28,237 bases of DNA, from the IMG/VR virus record IMGVR_UViG_3300044630_002232, positions 1-28,237 of that record. The stretch is one strand, 5' to 3'. The stretch's first letter is position 1. Each line of letters begins with the position of its first letter. A model generated the notes under the pieces. The model did not search any database, had not been told where the DNA came from, and saw only the letters and a program-made list of their open reading frames with translations. Source of the DNA: a virus. Taxonomy: Duplodnaviria; Caudoviricetes. Both the position numbers and the translations under genes were made by a program. Positions 23,440 through 28,237 of this stretch are shown here, piece by piece.

Positions 23440-25151
23440 GCTACATAATCACAGACATTGACGGCACACTTACCACCACAGGCGATACGCCAAACCAGCC
23501 CTACATTGACTGGCTTAAGAGTTGGGTGCAGGATACTGGTGATGAGGTGATTGTGGTAAGCGCCCGCCCAATTTCACGATTTGCTGAAACAGAGCGATGG
23601 CTTAATGAAAACTCTGTGCCATACGCGCAGATGTTTCTGCAAGATTTCAATGAGGCTGGCGGCCCTGCTGTTAATGAAGCCTTTAAGGCATATAAGTATT
23701 CAAAACTGCAAGAGCAGTATGGCGATGAAATCCTATTTTTGGTTGACAATGACGCGGAGGCGCGTGATGCCGCTGAGGGTATGGGAATCAAAGCCTACAC
23801 GCCTGATGAGGTGCTAAGCGCCCAGCCTGAGCCTGACAGAGCGCTACCAGATGCGTACCGCCCAGCCGGTACGGATGGCGCACCAGCAGGGCAGAATTGC
23901 GGAAACTGTGCCTTTTACAGTGACGGCTATTGCACAAAGTGGGATGCCAATGTTAAGAGGAATTATTATTGCGCGGCTTGGAAAGCGGTGGCGCAAACCG
24001 CTCCGCAAACTGCACCAGCAGAAAGCCCAAGCTCATACAGCGCAGACAATACAGAGCACGATGAGGCACGCGTGGTAATTGATGTGCCTGAGTTCATCCG
24101 CGATGCTGCCGCCAAAGGCTTGACCTATTACGAGAATGGCTACGCGGGTGACGGCTTGCAAGAGCAGACCGTTGAGGAAGCGCGCCAGCTGCGCGCTGGG
24201 CAGGTTGAGGATGACAAAGTTACGCGTATGCGCGCGTGGATTCTCCGCCACCGTGGCGATTGGGAGGGGGTGCCACAGAATAGTGACGCTGCCAATGATG
24301 ACTTCCCAGGCCCAGGCGCTGTTGCCGGTTATCTGTGGGGCGTGGAGGTAACACAGGCTGATGGCACAGACAGAGTCCTACAATGGGCAGACCGCGTGCT
24401 AAACACGCTGGCAAATGATGAAAGGTTTGATGTGAAAGAGTTTGAGCGCCGCGCCCTCCCAATGGGTGACTTCACAGTTTCCGAAACTGAGGATGGGCAA
24501 AAGACCTTTAGCGGCTATGCCGCTTTGTTTGATACACCAAGCGCAGGGCTGCCATTCACTGAGGTGATTGCGCAGGGCGCATTCAAGCGCACGCTCTCAC
24601 GCGCTGCCGCTGGCAGCAAGGTGATTGCATTCCTGTTTGGGCACGATGAAACCCGCGCACTTGCCACTACTGCAAGCGGGCGGCTCTCACTCCAAGAGGA
24701 TGAGCGAGGCTTGCGCGTTGAGGCGAAGCTTGACCCTGCTGACCCTGATGCCGCCGGTGTTATTTCTAAGTTGACACACGAGGCCGCTGCGATGGGTATG
24801 AGCTTTGGCTTTTCGGTGACAAAGGGTATGGATGAGTGGCAGGGCGATAAGCGCACCATTCGTGAAGTCAATCTGTTTGAGGTTTCCGTGTTGAGCGCTG
24901 GCCAAACCCCAGCCTACCCTGCAACGCTTGGCCTCACCGCTGTGCGCAAGCTCTCCGCCGATAAAATCGGTGTTGAGGCTGAGCGCCTTATGACTACCCT
25001 TGAGGCAATCAAAGCTGCGCAAACGCTCAGCGATGATGACCTTGAGGTTATTGACCAGGTACGCAGTAAGTTGGCACCGCGCAAGGGGATTGACCCCAGC
25101 GTTGCGGCTGCAAAGTTGCTGCTTGAGCGCCTGGCAAACGATACGCTCTAA
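23436..25151 (+). CDS. Multi-domain prohead protease: HAD phosphatase + HiPIP-like Cys domain + unknown helical domain + HK97 protease (start revised to TTG 23436)
   Basis: DIDGTL/VSAR/K/VDND; CGNC-x7-C-x12-CAAW; FSGYAALF...GHD...GMSFGF...LFEVSV...PAYP; GGAGGAG RBS and TTGA overlap. Confidence 0.88.
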   Translation: MSYIITDIDGTLTTTGDTPNQPYIDWLKSWVQDTGDEVIVVSARPISRFAETERWLNENSVPYAQMFLQDFNEAGGPAVNEAFKAYKYSKLQEQYGDEILFLVDNDAEARDAAEGMGIKAYTPDEVLSAQPEPDRALPDAYRPAGTDGAPAGQNCGNCAFYSDGYCTKWDANVKRNYYCAAWKAVAQTAPQTAPAESPSSYSADNTEHDEARVVIDVPEFIRDAAAKGLTYYENGYAGDGLQEQTVEEARQLRAGQVEDDKVTRMRAWILRHRGDWEGVPQNSDAANDDFPGPGAVAGYLWGVEVTQADGTDRVLQWADRVLNTLANDERFDVKEFERRALPMGDFTVSETEDGQKTFSGYAALFDTPSAGLPFTEVIAQGAFKRTLSRAAAGSKVIAFLFGHDETRALATTASGRLSLQEDERGLRVEAKLDPADPDAAGVISKLTHEAAAMGMSFGFSVTKGMDEWQGDKRTIREVNLFEVSVLSAGQTPAYPATLGLTAVRKLSADKIGVEAERLMTTLEAIKAAQTLSDDDLEVIDQVRSKLAPRKGIDPSVAAAKLLLERLANDTL

Positions 25152-25255
25152 CAGCCCCGCTACCGCAGCCCCGCCACCTTTGAGTGCGCCCGCTGCAGAG
25201 TAAGCCCGCTAGGCGAGCACGATAGTAAAAAAACATAGAGAATAGGAGAATAGAA

Positions 25256-26413
25256 ATGTCTGATATTAGGAATCTGCACGAGAAGCGTGCAAGCCTTTTG
25301 ACTGAAGCGCAGTCAATCGTTACTGACCTTGCTTCAAAGGGCGAAGCCCTTGAAGGCGAGTCACAGGTTCGTTTTGAGAAGCTTACCGCTGAGGCAGCAA
25401 CTGTTGCCCAGGCGATTCGCTCCGAAAAGGAAGCCACCGAAGCCCGCACCGCTGCTGACGCTGCTCGCGCAGAGTTTGCTGCTGTGATTGCTCCGGCTGC
25501 TGCAAAGGTTGACGCTGATGAGAATGCGGAGCTTCGTGCTCTTGCGCGCACCGGCGGCACGCGAAACTTTGAGTACCGCGATGTTACGAAGTCAACGGGT
25601 CTGGGCAATCCAGTCACCATTGCTGACCGCGTAAATGTTATTGCGGGGCAGTTCAACCCATTCCTCAATGCTGATATCGTCACGGTTATCCGTGCTGCTA
25701 CCGGCAATACGCTTTCAATTCCTCGTGTCACGGCTCTAGGCACTGCTGGTTCAGTGGCTGAAGCGGGCACAATCGGGGAATCGGACGGAACGCTTTCAAA
25801 GCTTGACCTTTCGCCAGTAAAGTGGGCAACGCTTATTCAGGTTTCTGATGAGCTTGCAAACGATGCGGCCTTTGATTTGTCAGCGATGATTGCGGATAAG
25901 TGCGGCCAGGAAGTGGCCGTAGCGCACGGTGCGTTTGCTGGCACAGCAATTGCTGCAGCTGCAACCATTGGCGCAACTGGCTCCGGCACGGTGTCAATCA
26001 ACCCAACCTACACTGACCTTGCAAAGCTTAAGGCTTCGGTCAATCAGGTTTACCGCCGAGCTCCAAAGGCTGGCTGGTTGATGAATGACACCACGCTTGG
26101 TGTTGTCACGGGATTGGTTGACACCACGGGCCAGCCAATTTTCCGCGCAGGTGACTCCAATAATCCTGACCGCCTCCTTGGCGCGCCAGTTTATTCGGCG
26201 GCACTTATTGACCTGACCGATGACACCGCGGGCGCAATCCTGTTTGGTGACCTTGGACAGATTTACACGGCGCTTGTTGGCGGCGTGCGCATTGATGTTT
26301 CGCGAGAGTACGCATTCAACCTTGGGTTGGTTTCGTACCGCTGCGAAGTTCGCGGTGCTTCGGGTCTTGTTCAGGCTTCGGCTGTCAAGAGCTACAAGAG
26401 CGCGAATGTCTAA
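25256..26413 (+). CDS. Major capsid protein, HK97 fold with N-terminal coiled-coil delta domain
   Basis: VAEAG.I.ES, VSDELAND, WLMN, LVDTTGQPI, LLGAPV, ILFGDL. Confidence 0.95.
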   Translation: MSDIRNLHEKRASLLTEAQSIVTDLASKGEALEGESQVRFEKLTAEAATVAQAIRSEKEATEARTAADAARAEFAAVIAPAAAKVDADENAELRALARTGGTRNFEYRDVTKSTGLGNPVTIADRVNVIAGQFNPFLNADIVTVIRAATGNTLSIPRVTALGTAGSVAEAGTIGESDGTLSKLDLSPVKWATLIQVSDELANDAAFDLSAMIADKCGQEVAVAHGAFAGTAIAAAATIGATGSGTVSINPTYTDLAKLKASVNQVYRRAPKAGWLMNDTTLGVVTGLVDTTGQPIFRAGDSNNPDRLLGAPVYSAALIDLTDDTAGAILFGDLGQIYTALVGGVRIDVSREYAFNLGLVSYRCEVRGASGLVQASAVKSYKSANV

Positions 26414-26467
26414 TCTCTAAGAGTTAGAGATTGATGACGAAAGGGGCTGGGCGAAAGCCCAGCCCCT
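26412..26467 (+). terminator. Two hairpins after the capsid gene (attenuator or mRNA-stabilising)
   Basis: AATCTCTAA/TTAGAGATT (26412-26432) and AGGGGCTGGGC-GAAA-GCCCAGCCCCT (26442-26467); weak U-tract. Confidence 0.6.
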
Positions 26468-26488
26468 AAGTCTTAGAAAGGAAATTAA

Positions 26489-26737
26489 ATGCTAGTGCGA
26501 ATGCTTGAGCGAATCCTTGGCACGCGCAACGGGGTTGCCTGGCCGCCACGCGGCGGGGTGATTGACCTGCCTGACGCAGAGGCTCTAGCTCTATTCGCGC
26601 ACGGATACGCACAGCCCGTACCCCCTGCTAAAACCCCCGCATTTGCCCCTACGGAGCCCGTAGAGGCGGCTGTAATCCACGAGGCTAGGGAGAGTGCCAC
26701 CGTTAAGCGCACCAAGAGGGGGAAAAGCGCCCAATGA
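26489..26737 (+). CDS. Small post-capsid hypothetical protein (82 aa)
   Basis: AAAGGA RBS; GGVIDLPDAEA..L...GYAQPV. Confidence 0.75.
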   Translation: MLVRMLERILGTRNGVAWPPRGGVIDLPDAEALALFAHGYAQPVPPAKTPAFAPTEPVEAAVIHEARESATVKRTKRGKSAQ

Positions 26738-27009
26738 TTCAACACCTAAGCAGCCGGCAAATGAGCGTAGGCACGGCAGCAGCATCAGTCTGTGAGGGCT
26801 ATGTGGCGGGCACTGAAGTGCACCTGCACGCGCTGGCTAATAACTCCAAGGATGTGCTGATTGGCGCAAGCAATCTCACGCTTGCCAATGGCTTTGTGCT
26901 ACGCAAGGGTGAACACATTACAGTTAGGCTAATGGAGCGGCAGACCCTGTATGCTATCGCAGAGAATAACGGGCAGATTTTGACCGTACTTGAAGTTGGG
27001 GGTATTTAA
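26734..27009 (+). CDS. Hypothetical beta-rich virion protein (91 aa)
   Basis: Coupled at both ends; V.IG......NGF.L..GE...LYAIA pattern. Confidence 0.7.
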   Translation: MIQHLSSRQMSVGTAAASVCEGYVAGTEVHLHALANNSKDVLIGASNLTLANGFVLRKGEHITVRLMERQTLYAIAENNGQILTVLEVGGI

Positions 27010-27614
27010 TGAGTTACGCAACGCTGGCAGAATTCAAGAGCGCTATTGGGATTGGCACCGCTGACACCACTGATGATGGTGCGCTGCAATCTGTGCTTGA
27101 TGCAACTGATGCGCTGATTGACCTTTACACAGACCGCAAGCAGGGCTTTGGCACTGCAACTGAAACGCGCTACTACACCGCCGGTGATTGGTCATATGTG
27201 CTGACTGATGACATTGTGAGTGTCAGCCAGCTGCAGACTGATGATAACGGTGACGGCACTTACGAAACCACCTGGACGGCGGCAACGGATTATGTGCTTG
27301 CTCCGCGCAATGCTGCGCTTGATGGCTGGCCTTACACAGAGATTGATACGAGCACACCAGCGCCTAAGGCATTCCCTGTTGCGGTATATCTTGGCGTGAA
27401 GGTAACTGGCGTATTTGGCTGGCCTACAGTTCCAAGCGCAGTGAAGCAAGCCGCAATTATTCAGGCTGGTGCTGTGTGGTCATCTAGGACAAGTCCATTC
27501 GGCATTATTGGCTCGCAGGAGCTGGGTGGAATTTTGCGCCAGACACGCGCACTGCATCCTGAAGCGCAGGTGCTGCTTGACGGATTCCGCAAGCGCGATG
27601 GGTTGGCGCGGTGA
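27009..27614 (+). CDS. Head-tail adaptor/connector (HK97 gp6 / SPP1 gp15-like, 201 aa)
   Basis: YATLAEFK, L..ATDALID.YT.R, GWP.VP.AVKQA. Confidence 0.85.
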   Translation: MSYATLAEFKSAIGIGTADTTDDGALQSVLDATDALIDLYTDRKQGFGTATETRYYTAGDWSYVLTDDIVSVSQLQTDDNGDGTYETTWTAATDYVLAPRNAALDGWPYTEIDTSTPAPKAFPVAVYLGVKVTGVFGWPTVPSAVKQAAIIQAGAVWSSRTSPFGIIGSQELGGILRQTRALHPEAQVLLDGFRKRDGLAR

Positions 27615-28054
27615 GTTTCAACGATGTCACCATTATCAACGCGCTCGCAGCGCACCTAACAGCGGCAACACCGCCTACCGGCTACACACTCCGCAAGGTG
27701 CACGCATACCCGCCAGACAATCTTGCGGTAGTGCCAGCAGCGGTGATTGTGCCCGCTGATGACAGCGTGAGCTACGGGGCGGCAAATAGGCAGGTAACGC
27801 TCAACCTTGCGGTTACGGTGTACCTGCACCCACAGGCTGACTTGGGGCGAAAGTACCAAGACCTTATGGCGTGGCGCACCTGGTTGCGTGATTCTCTTAT
27901 TGACGGTGTTACACTTAACGGCACTGACGCGGTGGCGCAAGCCAGCGTGACGGGCACAAGCATTGGCAATGACCAATGGAATGAAATGGATTACCTAACA
28001 GTGACAGCCACCGTAGAGGTGTCAGCAGTGGAGGCAATTAATGCCAGCGCGTAA
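27611..28054 (+). CDS. Putative tail terminator, variant allele of 229..672
   Basis: Same length, few amino-acid differences. Confidence 0.65.
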   Translation: MSFNDVTIINALAAHLTAATPPTGYTLRKVHAYPPDNLAVVPAAVIVPADDSVSYGAANRQVTLNLAVTVYLHPQADLGRKYQDLMAWRTWLRDSLIDGVTLNGTDAVAQASVTGTSIGNDQWNEMDYLTVTATVEVSAVEAINASA

Positions 28055-28237
28055 GCCATACGAAACAGCAGACCAAATTGAAGTGCAGTATGTTGACGGC
28101 TCGCTGCCTCGTGGAGAGTTTGTAGGCGGGTTACCGCTTGACGGCTCTACAATCAGCGTGCCTGCTACTATTGCTCAGGCGTGGATTCAGGCGGGCGTTG
28201 CCAAGCCTGTAAATAAGACAGCCGCACCAGCGGCTAT
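28041..28237 (+). CDS. Variant allele of 659..874, truncated by the window end
   Basis: MPARKPYETADQIEVQY versus MPPRKVTENSEQIEVQY. Confidence 0.7.
   Translation, partial: MPARKPYETADQIEVQYVDGSLPRGEFVGGLPLDGSTISVPATIAQAWIQAGVAKPVNKTAAPAA

Larger units (their letters stand above)
27383..28237. repeat. Imperfect terminal direct repeat, copy B
   Basis: See copy A; 28111-28237 (127 nt) is identical to 729-855. Confidence 0.97.

Noticed and set aside
79-27976. Numerous minus-strand ORFs in the track (e.g. 2487-3254, 3938-4534, 14795-15397, 25048-25770)
   Set aside because: All lie antisense to well-supported, tightly coupled + strand genes and show no recognisable motifs; expected shadows in GC-rich DNA.
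1-28237. Alternative genetic code or stop-codon reassignment
   Set aside because: Core genes are full-length under the standard code, and TAA, TGA and TAG all act as stops at gene junctions.

Overview
The window is one complete, circularly permuted genome of a small (unit length about 27,382 bp) siphovirus-type tailed phage with an HK97-type head. All credible genes lie on the + strand. Gene order is: tail completion, tail tube, tail chaperone (with a -1 frameshift), tape measure, tail tip and fibre; lysis cassette; early and replication region (YqaJ exonuclease, Rad52-like annealing protein, replication initiator with internal iterons, dNMP kinase, resolvase, methyltransferase, RlpA-like protein); a structured non-coding region; HNH, Endo VII, glycosyltransferase; terminase, portal, a multi-domain prohead protease, major capsid and head-tail adaptor. 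I saw no integrase, repressor, polymerase or helicase. The last 855 nt are a roughly 92%-identical strain variant of the first 855 nt and end in exactly 127 identical nt, which points to an assembly overlap. The most notable unexplained signal is a regulatory architecture. Three sigma70-like promoters (about 9311, 14607, 15803) each carry a CGTTGCA box, the same motif as the iterons inside the initiator gene. Each is followed by a leader RNA of the same fold (outer stem, GAG(U)GAA bulge, inner hairpin, GGAGU RBS). A candidate two-hairpin sRNA (about 17143-17212) has a loop complementary to those leaders, and it is followed directly by a tmRNA/tRNA-Ala-like mini-RNA with a G3:U70 pair. All protein family calls come from motif recognition by eye, not database searches.
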